Below are positions 50,068 through 59,008 of a stretch of DNA of 64,000 bases, one piece after another (position 1 is the first letter of the stretch; each line of letters opens with the position of its first letter). The position numbers and the translations under genes are program-made. The stretch spans positions 864,001-928,000 of the forward strand of contig CBDBGZ010000009.1 in NCBI GenBank assembly GCA_965205425.1, written 5' to 3'. The DNA comes from Nitrosopumilus sp. (lineage in GTDB: Archaea > Thermoproteota > Nitrososphaeria > Nitrososphaerales > Nitrosopumilaceae). The notes below the pieces were generated by a model, which searched no databases, was not told the DNA's origin, and saw only the letters and a program-made list of their open reading frames with translations.

Positions 50068-50648
50068 ATCTCTAAATAAAGAATTTAAATGATTTGTAAG
50101 AGTTAGATGTTATGCAAACAAGTGTTTGTAGTACGATTAGTTTCATTTTTCTAATTTATAAAAAAATCGGCATGAATGAAAGAGAAATTGGCGCACAAAT
50201 GACCTTGAAAAAATAATCATCTATGCTATAATTCCGGAAGTTCTGCTCAAAAAAATAGTAGTCTCTCCCATACGTCATATGCGTTGAAGTTGCTTGATCA
50301 CTTTTACCAAACATTTGGTAAAAGTTGTTATCGCAATTGTCGAACTTTTCGCACATGCTAGCTTCTATCATTATACCCCAATTGGAACATTGGAGGGTTT
50401 TTTCACTTTTTCTGATCTTTGTCAGATATTCATGATGATTGTACCTCGCATCCCTTTTGGGGCTAGTGATTCCGTCACTGCATGTATTCTCGCTCACAGG
50501 TGTAAACAAAATCCTGCCAGTGGTACCAAGGATGCAGCGCTGGATGCTCCCCATCAGGGATACAACAGTATTTTAACGGCGCTGCATGAAACGATTAGTG
50601 AAATTTTTAATAATTGACGATAGTATACAAATGCAATGGTCTCCCCCC

Positions 50649-51674
50649 GGGTGTGTCCTAAAACTATCCTCTAACATGTTTTGTAACCCCCATCAAATTA
50701 ACAACTCGTATGTTGTAACAAATTACACGCAACGCCAACTCTTTTCTTTGAACCAACTTGTTTTTTGATGACAAGCTATTTCCAAAGATTCTTTTGAGTA
50801 CTGCAAATACTGATTCAACAAGTGACCTCTTGTGATAATGTCTGTCAAATTCATCTTGATTGTCCTGGAATAATGTTATCATTTTTTTCCATGATGCAGA
50901 GCCTTTGGGATTTCTAACTGTGTTCTTCTTTGGTTTGATGTATGGTATCTTTTGCAGAGTAGCTACCATATTGCAAATGTCTCGTGACAAATATGCAGGA
51001 TCTGCACAAAAATCACCAATTCCCTTTGGAATGTCTTTGATTAGTTTTTTGAGAATTGGTGCATCACCACGAGTTCCTTTAGTAATGTCAAAAGATACTA
51101 TTGCCATGGACTGTATTGCAATTAGGATGTGCAGTTTTAGATATAATTTCTTGGATTTGTGCGTGTTTGTCTTGATGTCAAACCAAGCCTCACATCTTTT
51201 GGTACCAAATCCTGAACTGTCAGGAGCTATGTCTTTTTTTTGATTGGTTCTGTGAGTTTTGCGTTTACCTTTTTCAAATAAGGCATTGGAATTCTTTTTA
51301 GACTGTCATTAATGACAGTCTTGCTTGGTGCTTTTTTGAGCTCCATTATTTCCAACAGAACCGGCCTTGATCTCAAGTGGGACTCCATGGAACGATAATC
51401 CAATCCAAACTTTACCTTTAGCATTGCACACATTATCTTTGCTTTTGTTGGAAATGCAGGACGTCCGCCTGTCTTTGGTTCCCATGGTGTATCCATACTC
51501 CAAACTGTCTTCTTTACTTTTTCCAAGAATAGAATCTCCTCATCCTTGCGATATGTGCCATATACTTGCCAGTCTCTTTTTGATTTGTTTTGCATAGTTG
51601 TTGTGATTCCATGCGATCAATATGTTACAGAATTGAATAAAATTGTTATATTTGTCTACTTTTAGGACACACCC
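50649..51674 (-). mobile_element. IS5-family element, copy 2 (1026 bp)
   Basis: Nearly identical to 22616-23641; 9-bp TSD TCTCCCCCC at 50640-50648 and 51675-51683. Confidence 0.95.
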
Positions 51675-51753
51675 TCTCCCCCCAGACCATGCATCAACTG
51701 TACATCTGCACTGTTACGTCTTGCAGGAGGCAATAATTCAGATATACAGTTGA

Positions 51754-52200
51754 TCATAAGATTATCTCTCCGTTACATTTTGGGTAAAAATTTCCGTTAT
51801 CCTCTGTTACTCTGCCTTGAATAATCGCATCTGCCAGTATGTCATGGACGTTAATTCCGTCAAACTGATTTTCTAATTCATGACGTATCTTTTGAATGGT
51901 TGTGGGATGATGATTCTCAGGGGATGCCAGATATCGTACCATAAAACTGACAGGCGATTCCTTGTATTTCTGCAGAAACTTTGCCTCTCTTACATCGTTT
52001 CTGTTTTTCTCCAAGGTTGTTCTGAAGAATCCCCTTGATCTCAGGATTCCTTTGCATATTCTACATTTTACATCTGGATTCTCTGCAGTATGATGCGTCT
52101 TTGCCACATCCTGCAATACATCGGAGATGTGACATATGGCGCGATGACTCGTGTGATAGTGATATTGTACACTGCCATCTTTTTTTATCCAGGTATTCAT
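51754..52200 (-). CDS. Hypothetical protein
   Basis: ATGA-coupled operon member; CRIC. Confidence 0.55.
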   Translation of the reverse strand: MNTWIKKDGSVQYHYHTSHRAICHISDVLQDVAKTHHTAENPDVKCRICKGILRSRGFFRTTLEKNRNDVREAKFLQKYKESPVSFMVRYLASPENHHPTTIQKIRHELENQFDGINVHDILADAIIQGRVTEDNGNFYPKCNGEIIL

Positions 52201-52676
52201 GGTTCCATCTCCTGTACTATGAACTGTTTTTCAGATGGTGTTACCTTTACAATATTATTTTGAATGCGTAGTATTTCCTTTGATACTAGTTTTCCAATTG
52301 CAATGCTGACATCATCAGGTGTAATTGATGGGTATTCTTTTGTGATTGTAAATTTGATCTTCTGAATGTGATATTCTAGTGCGGCAATATGGGTTAGCAT
52401 GTGCCATACCTTGTTTGGGGTACTATCAGGCTCACACAGTTTCCAGATTATTCTGTCAGAGAAGGGATTGTGTTGTTTTATTGGTTGGTCAGTTATTGCT
52501 CCTTTGTCTTTTAGTATTTCTAATCTGCATCCTATCCCATTAACATTAAAATCAGCATCAGGATATTTCTTTTGCAGTTTCTTCTTTATATGATGTATTA
52601 GATCTGCAGTTGTGGTTTGATGTAATCTTAATTGATAAATTATTATTCCATCGATGTCTGCTGCTATTCTACTCAT
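52197..52676 (-). CDS. Hypothetical protein, possibly winged-helix
   Basis: Start after GGAGAATTCATC; helix-turn-helix-wing-like pattern. Confidence 0.5.
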   Translation of the reverse strand: MSRIAADIDGIIIYQLRLHQTTTADLIHHIKKKLQKKYPDADFNVNGIGCRLEILKDKGAITDQPIKQHNPFSDRIIWKLCEPDSTPNKVWHMLTHIAALEYHIQKIKFTITKEYPSITPDDVSIAIGKLVSKEILRIQNNIVKVTPSEKQFIVQEMEP

Positions 52677-53305
52677 GATGAATTCTCCGGGGGTTTTAGT
52701 TTTTTGCAATTCTGGCAGACAGTATTGCTAACAGAGCTTGGAATGAATTTATCACATGCGCAGTACTTGTTGTAATTGTCTTCACTTGATGTATTTGAAT
52801 TTGGTTTATTTTCTGATGATTGTATTTTTAGTGTCTTGATTTTGCCTGTCTTTTTTATTTCATCAATAAATTGTGAAATAAGATCTGATGGAACATGTTT
52901 TCTTATTGCATTTCGCTCAGCCTTTGAGTGGGCTTTTGTCTCAGCAGTACTATCAAAATATGTGTTGTTGCTATCCTTTCTTTTTCCATACTGTTCTTGA
53001 GATGATATTCCTTCAAACACCACTCCAGTTACTGCGTCTTTTACCTGGACCTTTGCTCTATACTTGAGGGCTTGGCCCTCTCCGGATTCAGTTATTTCAG
53101 ATGATATTGTCTGTACTATGATTCCGTGCTTTGCAAGCCATTTTGCAAATGCCCTGATTCCGTCATATGATATTGAATATTGGCCATGTGTCTCATAGAG
53201 CCATTCTCCTGATACCAGATATTTCTCAGAGTTGATAATCTGTGATTCGTCAGCTGCATTGAATGCATCATATACCGTGTCATTGTTAGTTGTAATGTTA
53301 TTCAT
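52673..53305 (-). CDS. Putative Rad52/ERF-like single-strand annealing protein
   Basis: YRAKVQVKD..TG..FEG.S...AETKAHSKAERNAIR pattern; C-terminal Cys cluster. Confidence 0.5.
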   Translation of the reverse strand: MNNITTNNDTVYDAFNAADESQIINSEKYLVSGEWLYETHGQYSISYDGIRAFAKWLAKHGIIVQTISSEITESGEGQALKYRAKVQVKDAVTGVVFEGISSQEQYGKRKDSNNTYFDSTAETKAHSKAERNAIRKHVPSDLISQFIDEIKKTGKIKTLKIQSSENKPNSNTSSEDNYNKYCACDKFIPSSVSNTVCQNCKKLKPPENSS

Positions 53306-53748
53306 GATGAATTCTCCACGACAATTTTGCAAACAGGTCTGTTGTGTTTCTCCATAGAGTCAAGAATTTCTTTTATTTTTGGCAGTGTAGTGTCGTTTTT
53401 CTTTGTAGATATTTTCAGATAATTCCAAATTCTCTTTAATTCATAAAATTCTAAAATTATTCCAGTCATGTTTTTCGTCTCCTGAAATATTTGGCAGATT
53501 CAATCTCATTCTTTGGGAATGGTGAGATTTTTGCTCTGTGGTTTTTCTTTAGATGATTTAGTGTGCTGGTTGTTATGTTTCGTTTGCAGAAAATACAATT
53601 TAGAGAAATCATGAAAAGTCCCCCATAGTGTGATGATGTACCATGTAACAGGACTTGTCACATGGCATTACCCGGAAAGACAGGGCAAATGTATGGTCTG
53701 GTCGGATCATAGAATCGTCAGTCTGGTTAATTGTAATGTTGAAAAGAA

Positions 53749-54018
53749 TCATGATGATCCCTCCTTTGAAACAGGATGGCAAGTTTTGCATCCCATTGTT
53801 TTGGTGACATCGCTGTCACATTTTTTACAGATTATTTTGGATACTCGTAGTTGTAAAATTTTGAAAATCTTTATCGTGTTTTTGTCTTTTTTGAACTGAT
53901 ACTTTTTATTCCAACAAGAATCGCATATCTTACGTGTTGACTTGTTGTTATCATGATAAGTTACAATGTAATCGTCATTATGATCTTTTTGACAACGAGG
54001 AATTTGTAAAAGGCTCAA
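53749..54018 (-). CDS. Small zinc-finger protein
   Basis: CDSC, CKKC, CKTC; coupled to the RHH gene. Confidence 0.5.
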   Translation of the reverse strand: MSLLQIPRCQKDHNDDYIVTYHDNNKSTRKICDSCWNKKYQFKKDKNTIKIFKILQLRVSKIICKKCDSDVTKTMGCKTCHPVSKEGSS

Positions 54019-54167
54019 TTTTTGGATGCCTCTAATTCTTCTAATGCTTTTCGTAGATGATATTCTGTGAAATCAGAAACATTTGAAAAATCGTTATTGT
54101 TACTTGTTTCTCGTTTTATTTTTTCTATGATGGATGTCAAAACTCTCACCTTGCCCCATTTTTCCAT
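54015..54167 (-). CDS. Small ribbon-helix-helix regulator (Cro-like position)
   Basis: MEKWGKVRV..IIEKI...FSNVSDF....LRKALE; leaderless start about 25 nt below a TATA box. Confidence 0.7.
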   Translation of the reverse strand: MEKWGKVRVLTSIIEKIKRETSNNNDFSNVSDFTEYHLRKALEELEASKN

Positions 54168-54274
54168 GCTACAATATAGTAGCATCAATATATAAAGTGT
54201 GCTACAATATAGTAGCAATTAACCAAAATGTTGAATATTTATCACATTGGTTATTATGTTACAATGTTGTAACA
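54167..54274. promoter_or_regulatory. Divergent promoter with three 18-bp palindromic operators
   Basis: TGCTACAATATAGTAGCA at 54167-54184 and 54200-54217 flanking a minus-strand TTTATATA; variant TGTTACAATGTTGTAACA at 54257-54274. Confidence 0.82.
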
Positions 54275-54280
54275 TAAGAT

Positions 54281-54676
54281 ATGAAAAAAACGCAGTGGGG
54301 AAATATACGAATAAGGCAGGATCTAATTGATAAAATTTCTAAATCATTAGAAACAGAGGAAGCAAAAGAAGATGGTTTTTCTAATATAGCACAATTCACA
54401 GATCATGTTTTACGAGAAGCAGTTAAAGAATTAGAACAAAAAAGATTCTCTCATCAAAACACCTACGATGATAAAGTCAGGATACTAGATAACAACATAG
54501 GAAAGATGGGTGACATCGTAACCATATTTCTAAAAGAAGAATTGAAAAAAGGTTTTTGTGATTATTGTGAAAGTGAAAATTGTGTGCATGTAAAGTACAT
54601 GTGGGAATTAGAAGATGTTGTTGAAATTCTGAAAAAAAGAGGTTTTCAATCACCGTATAATGAGTCTATAAAATAA
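54281..54676 (+). CDS. RHH regulator with a C-terminal SWIM-like zinc finger
   Basis: WGNIRIRQDLIDKI...FSNIAQF...LREAV; CDYCESENCVHV. Confidence 0.75.
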   Translation: MKKTQWGNIRIRQDLIDKISKSLETEEAKEDGFSNIAQFTDHVLREAVKELEQKRFSHQNTYDDKVRILDNNIGKMGDIVTIFLKEELKKGFCDYCESENCVHVKYMWELEDVVEILKKRGFQSPYNESIK

Positions 54677-54707
54677 GAATGAGATTTTAAATTTTAGAAT
54701 ATTGATT

Positions 54708-56411
54708 TTAGTTAATGACTGATTTTTCCTCGTAAATCCTTTTTAGTTTGGCGCCACACGCAGGACATGCTGCTTTGTCATGAACGGTACTACAACCAAT
54801 ACAGCAAAACTCTGTCTTTTTTGGAATGCTCTTTGTACTGTTTGACTTTAACTCATCAATCTGTCTTTGCATGTCTGTCATAATTTCTGACTGTTGTTGC
54901 AAGAGCATCTCTTCTTGTTTTTTTATCGCACGCTCCGTTATCATCTCTTCTTTTAGCTTGTCCACTTCAGAAATCTTTTCTTTTAAATCCAACCTTAGTT
55001 CGTCTGAATCATCATTTCCTGATACAACGTTTGAGAATTTTGTAAATATGTTGAGTCTTTTTGATGCTTTACAATATTCAGTTCTAAGTTTATCTGGATA
55101 AAGTTTTGTTCTCTGATTATATTTGCTGATAGGTTTGTGACCAATAAATATTTCAGCTACTGAATCAGGTACGCCGCAATCAGTGAGAGTGGTCTCCAGT
55201 AGATCACGTACTAAATGAGATCGTTTTGAATACTGTTTTGAATGGGTTTGTAACTTTTCTTGAATTTCAGCAACATCTGCTAATTTGAAAAATTGTCTAG
55301 CAATCCACGTTGGAGACACAGGATTTCCATGATTGTTAAGAAAAATAGGTTGCCCTTTTTTTATCGGTTGCCCTTCCTTTTGTTCTCTTTTTTTAAGATA
55401 TTTTTGTAAGGCAATCACACAATCATGATCAATGCATCCATAGTGTTGAATATCTGTTTTTGGTCTAACTAAAATTATCGGTACTGGGCATTTTTGTAAA
55501 TCCCAGGAATCAGGGTTTTCACTGCCAAACCATTCGGCTATCTGAGCAAATGCTTGAAAATTGAATCTATCTGCCAAAGTAGTTGCATCAAGTCCTCTAT
55601 GGAATTTGCATAGAAATAATGCCTTTTCTAGAACCGAAGGTTTTCCAACTGTAAGCATAGTCATAAAATCATCAATAGTGAGAAGTGGGGTTTCATCATC
55701 AGCATCAGTTTTTCTAAATCGTTTTACATTAAATGAAAAAGTAATAGGGTGATCATGTTCTTTAAAAAAAGATTTGATTGCATACATTCTTTGATTTACT
55801 GTATTTTGGTAATCGTTTTCGTATTTAGGATCATTGAGAAATTGTTTGATGATTTTAATAAATTCGATATCGTAACTGCCTTTTTGCTGAAACAATTTTA
55901 AGAAATGATCCACTCCTTCCAACTGTATAGATTTATCAAGTTCTTCAAAATGTGATGAATCTGTTTTTACTAACACTGTAAAAATGAATTCTTTACCACT
56001 AAGCCAAGAGTGAAATTGATGTAATTTATTAGCATAGGATCCTCGTGTTCCAGAATATTTGTCTGTTTTTATATTTTTAAGATTTGGAGGATTTAGAGAC
56101 AATACCCATTGATGGATCATAGGTTTTTTACAAAATTCATCAAAAGATATTATTGAATGATGCGCTAAAAGCTGTTTTTTCAACATTCCTGAAGTGATAC
56201 CAAATTTCAATGAACGTTGAATTACTGATTTTTTGCTATTTTTTTGAATTTTTAAAATATTCTGTTTATCTAGTAATGATTGAAGTTCTTTTGGTTGAAA
56301 AGCCATTCCTATTTTTAGTGATTTTAGAATTCTCTGGCATTGTGGCGGAATTTTTACATTAGACTTGAGATTCTCAAACGTATCAACTACTACATATTGG
56401 TTTGAAACCAT
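54708..56411 (-). CDS. Tyrosine recombinase/integrase with a C-terminal coiled coil and Zn ribbon
   Basis: RPKT, SHLVRD (HxxR), FIGH followed by Y; CIGC..CPAC. Confidence 0.85.
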   Translation of the reverse strand: MVSNQYVVVDTFENLKSNVKIPPQCQRILKSLKIGMAFQPKELQSLLDKQNILKIQKNSKKSVIQRSLKFGITSGMLKKQLLAHHSIISFDEFCKKPMIHQWVLSLNPPNLKNIKTDKYSGTRGSYANKLHQFHSWLSGKEFIFTVLVKTDSSHFEELDKSIQLEGVDHFLKLFQQKGSYDIEFIKIIKQFLNDPKYENDYQNTVNQRMYAIKSFFKEHDHPITFSFNVKRFRKTDADDETPLLTIDDFMTMLTVGKPSVLEKALFLCKFHRGLDATTLADRFNFQAFAQIAEWFGSENPDSWDLQKCPVPIILVRPKTDIQHYGCIDHDCVIALQKYLKKREQKEGQPIKKGQPIFLNNHGNPVSPTWIARQFFKLADVAEIQEKLQTHSKQYSKRSHLVRDLLETTLTDCGVPDSVAEIFIGHKPISKYNQRTKLYPDKLRTEYCKASKRLNIFTKFSNVVSGNDDSDELRLDLKEKISEVDKLKEEMITERAIKKQEEMLLQQQSEIMTDMQRQIDELKSNSTKSIPKKTEFCCIGCSTVHDKAACPACGAKLKRIYEEKSVIN

Positions 56412-56499
56412 GCGTAATATTAGCTACCTTGATAAATAAACATAACAAAACTTGCGCATGGAATAATTGTTATATGAGTAAATTTAGGATTGTTTCAAA

Positions 56500-56790
56500 T
56501 TGCAAAAAATTGATTATGAAGGAAAAGTCTGGGTACTAAATTATAACAATCCAGAACCATTACTGGACCATGCCATACACATGTTAGAAAGACATGGAGT
56601 AAAACGAGAAGATATGGAGATTACAGAGACGCCAATAGCGAAAGTAGGCTCAATAGTAGTAGAAATTTGGCCATATGAACTAGTTATAGGGAGAGTCAGG
56701 ACAACCCGAAATGATTCTTTTATCAGCGGTACTGAATTTACAATTGAATTAAAGTTAGATGAAAACGGAAATTACATAGATTATCTTTGA
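56500..56790 (+). CDS. Hypothetical protein
   Basis: Host-like composition; overlaps the next gene. Confidence 0.7.
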   Translation: MQKIDYEGKVWVLNYNNPEPLLDHAIHMLERHGVKREDMEITETPIAKVGSIVVEIWPYELVIGRVRTTRNDSFISGTEFTIELKLDENGNYIDYL

Positions 56791-57476
56791 AAAAAAATAA
56801 AATACAAAATATCATAATTGTTGCAATAGCTGTTCTCATCATTGGAGCAATTATTGCATACAACTATTCAGCAGATCAAACTAAACAACAAGGATTCCAG
56901 TTTGGAAATAAACTGGCCCAAATTCAACAAGAAGTGGCAGAATTGCAAACAAAATTCTATTCTGAAAAAATCAAATGGGATGAAGGGGACATTACAAAAG
57001 AAGAATTATTGAAATATTATGAAGAACATTTAATTGAATTTAAAAAAATTATTTCCAAATATGATGAATTATCTATCCCAGAATTGTTTGAGAGTTCTGT
57101 AGAATTATTTAAAATTTCATCTGAAACACAATTAGAGAGCGATATTGAATACATCAAATGGATTTCAACAGGAGATGAATCAGCTAAAGTAAGATCAGAT
57201 ACACAGATACAAGAAGCTTATGAGTATGAGAATTTAGGATTAGTAGAATTTCAATTGGCAAAAGCAGGAATAGTAGAATTTGATGAAGCTGGTAAATTCA
57301 CACCGACAGATAATGTTCTTAAACAAAAAGTGATTCAAATATCAGAAAACATGAAAAATAAATGTGATTTAGAATTTAAAAATGAAATGAATGAATATGA
57401 TTCAGATGAAATTGAAATAGAGTGGTTTAATTGTTTTAATGAGGCTGAAGAATGGCAGAAAGACCATTTACCTTAG
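56787..57476 (+). CDS. Membrane-anchored hypothetical protein
   Basis: N-terminal TM and acidic helical body. Confidence 0.75.
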   Translation: MKKNKIQNIIIVAIAVLIIGAIIAYNYSADQTKQQGFQFGNKLAQIQQEVAELQTKFYSEKIKWDEGDITKEELLKYYEEHLIEFKKIISKYDELSIPELFESSVELFKISSETQLESDIEYIKWISTGDESAKVRSDTQIQEAYEYENLGLVEFQLAKAGIVEFDEAGKFTPTDNVLKQKVIQISENMKNKCDLEFKNEMNEYDSDEIEIEWFNCFNEAEEWQKDHLP

Positions 57477-57489
57477 ATAAATGAACAAA

Positions 57490-57960
57490 TTATAGTAAAC
57501 CAGATTTTTGCAAGATTTCTAGTGTATTATTGAGTTCGTTTTGCAGAGACATTTTTTCAAGAGGAGTAGGTTTTGAAAATGTTACCTGGAAGGTTATAGT
57601 AAGCATATCCTGATCAGTGTGAGAAATTCTAATAGAATGAACTTGACGATTAGTATCAGACAAAAAACTTTTCCATTTTTGTATATGTCCACTAACTCGA
57701 GTTACTTGTTCTTCCACATTAGTCAATGAAGTATCTAAATCAGTATCAAACAAACTAAATTTAACAAGAGGCACCATAATGACTCCACCTAAAATTTTAT
57801 CATGATTTTTCAGCATAGTTGCAATAATTTCTTCTGAATTCTTTTTTGGAAAAATATCCCCATAATCAGGATCAAAATATCCCGCAATCAATTTTTTAGA
57901 ATCATATATTCTAAAAAAATCTTCATCAGGTTCTAATTTCCACAACAATTTAAAAATCAT
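57490..57960 (-). CDS. Hypothetical protein
   Basis: 156-aa ORF. Confidence 0.75.
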   Translation of the reverse strand: MIFKLLWKLEPDEDFFRIYDSKKLIAGYFDPDYGDIFPKKNSEEIIATMLKNHDKILGGVIMVPLVKFSLFDTDLDTSLTNVEEQVTRVSGHIQKWKSFLSDTNRQVHSIRISHTDQDMLTITFQVTFSKPTPLEKMSLQNELNNTLEILQKSGLL

Positions 57961-58021
57961 TCATGAATAAATAAACAATTAATCAGACAATTAAATAAAC
58001 TAGGGAATTAAGAAAAAACAG

Positions 58022-58366
58022 ATGGTAATTTCTAAAGAAAATAAAGATTTCATAGATAGTTTAATTGATTATTACATTAGTGAATCAGAATCGTATAAAC
58101 AAATTGCAGAAAATTTTGTTCCAGAAATAGAATCAGTCTCAGATACAGCATTTGGGATCATAACAGGATGTGTTTATTCAGGATTTTTACAAGCATATCA
58201 AAATCAACAGCAGACACCTAGCTTAGAGGATATGCGAGAATTTAATCAAATCATCAAAGAAAGAGCAGTATTAATCAAGAAAGCAATTTTGGATCCCCCA
58301 AAACCAGACAATCAAGATATTAAAAATGAGCCTGAAAATGCAGATTCGAGAAATAATTCTAATTAA
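58022..58366 (+). CDS. Hypothetical protein
   Basis: 114-aa ORF. Confidence 0.75.
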   Translation: MVISKENKDFIDSLIDYYISESESYKQIAENFVPEIESVSDTAFGIITGCVYSGFLQAYQNQQQTPSLEDMREFNQIIKERAVLIKKAILDPPKPDNQDIKNEPENADSRNNSN

Positions 58367-58563
58367 AAAGAGTGCCCAAATGGGCACCCATTATGACTCC
58401 TGTTGGACTGGTCGTACTATCGCAGGTGTATGAATACAGTTAGTATGCGATATCATACAATAGTAATTTTGTATTAAAACACTTACGTAGAAATCATCAG
58501 TAAGTTAATTTTAAAAAGATGAAAATTAGCACAGTTTAATTCCAACCATCAAAAATAATCACT

Positions 58564-58656
58564 ATGAATGTAGATGGAAGCAAGATTATCTTTTTTTTAG
58601 GAGTGGCCGCAGCAGTAGTAACAGCAGGAGTTGCATTGTATTTTTCAATTCGTTAA
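58564..58656 (+). CDS. 30-aa single-TM peptide
   Basis: MNVDGSKIIFFLGVAAAVVTAGVALYFSIR; TTTAAT box upstream. Confidence 0.55.
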   Translation: MNVDGSKIIFFLGVAAAVVTAGVALYFSIR

Positions 58657-58687
58657 AGATAAATCATCATTTAAACTCAATATTAGT

Positions 58688-59008
58688 ATGTCAGATACGA
58701 ATGAATTCAAAATTACACAAATAGTTGATAATGGTCAAATGATTCAACTATCATTAGTTGAAAATACTTCAACTGAACCAATTTCCCAAAAACAGATGAT
58801 AATAGAGAATGTCTCAAACAAACTTGATGCAGAAACTAAAGAGCAAGTAATGCCATTGTTAGAAGCAATATTACAAGCACAACCAACAGTAAATGTAAAA
58901 ACATATCAACAAACTCAAATTACAATTGGAATGCCAAAAGGAAGATATGACAACATGGGAAGACCTCAAGTTGGGAATATAATTGAAATAGATTTAAAAA
59001 AGATCTAA
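58688..59008 (+). CDS. Hypothetical protein
   Basis: ATG at 58688 (MSDTNEF) below a TTTAAA box. Confidence 0.7.
   Translation: MSDTNEFKITQIVDNGQMIQLSLVENTSTEPISQKQMIIENVSNKLDAETKEQVMPLLEAILQAQPTVNVKTYQQTQITIGMPKGRYDNMGRPQVGNIIEIDLKKI

Larger units (their letters stand above)
13332..56450. mobile_element. Composite genomic island / decaying integrative element
   Basis: tRNA 3' remnant at the left, integrase at the right, no core genes in between, many IS, MCM remnant and ParB genes; right boundary approximate. Confidence 0.7.

Noticed and set aside
50557..50574. 18-bp reverse-complement match to the IS481 junction at 4401-4418
   Set aside because: There is no further IS sequence, and one such match is plausible by chance in 64 kb of AT-rich DNA
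50530..50590. Hammerhead ribozyme or SAM riboswitch
   Set aside because: The minus strand has CUGAUGG rather than CUGAUGA with no GAAA core, and no riboswitch consensus was recognised
54744..54757. AGTTTGGCGCCA copy of the iteron core inside the integrase gene
   Set aside because: A single short match within coding sequence (CGAKL), probably coincidental
23642..56411. Complete provirus, casposon or conjugative element
   Set aside because: No recognisable capsid, terminase, Cas1/PolB or VirB4/relaxase ORFs; these may have been deleted, but cannot be claimed
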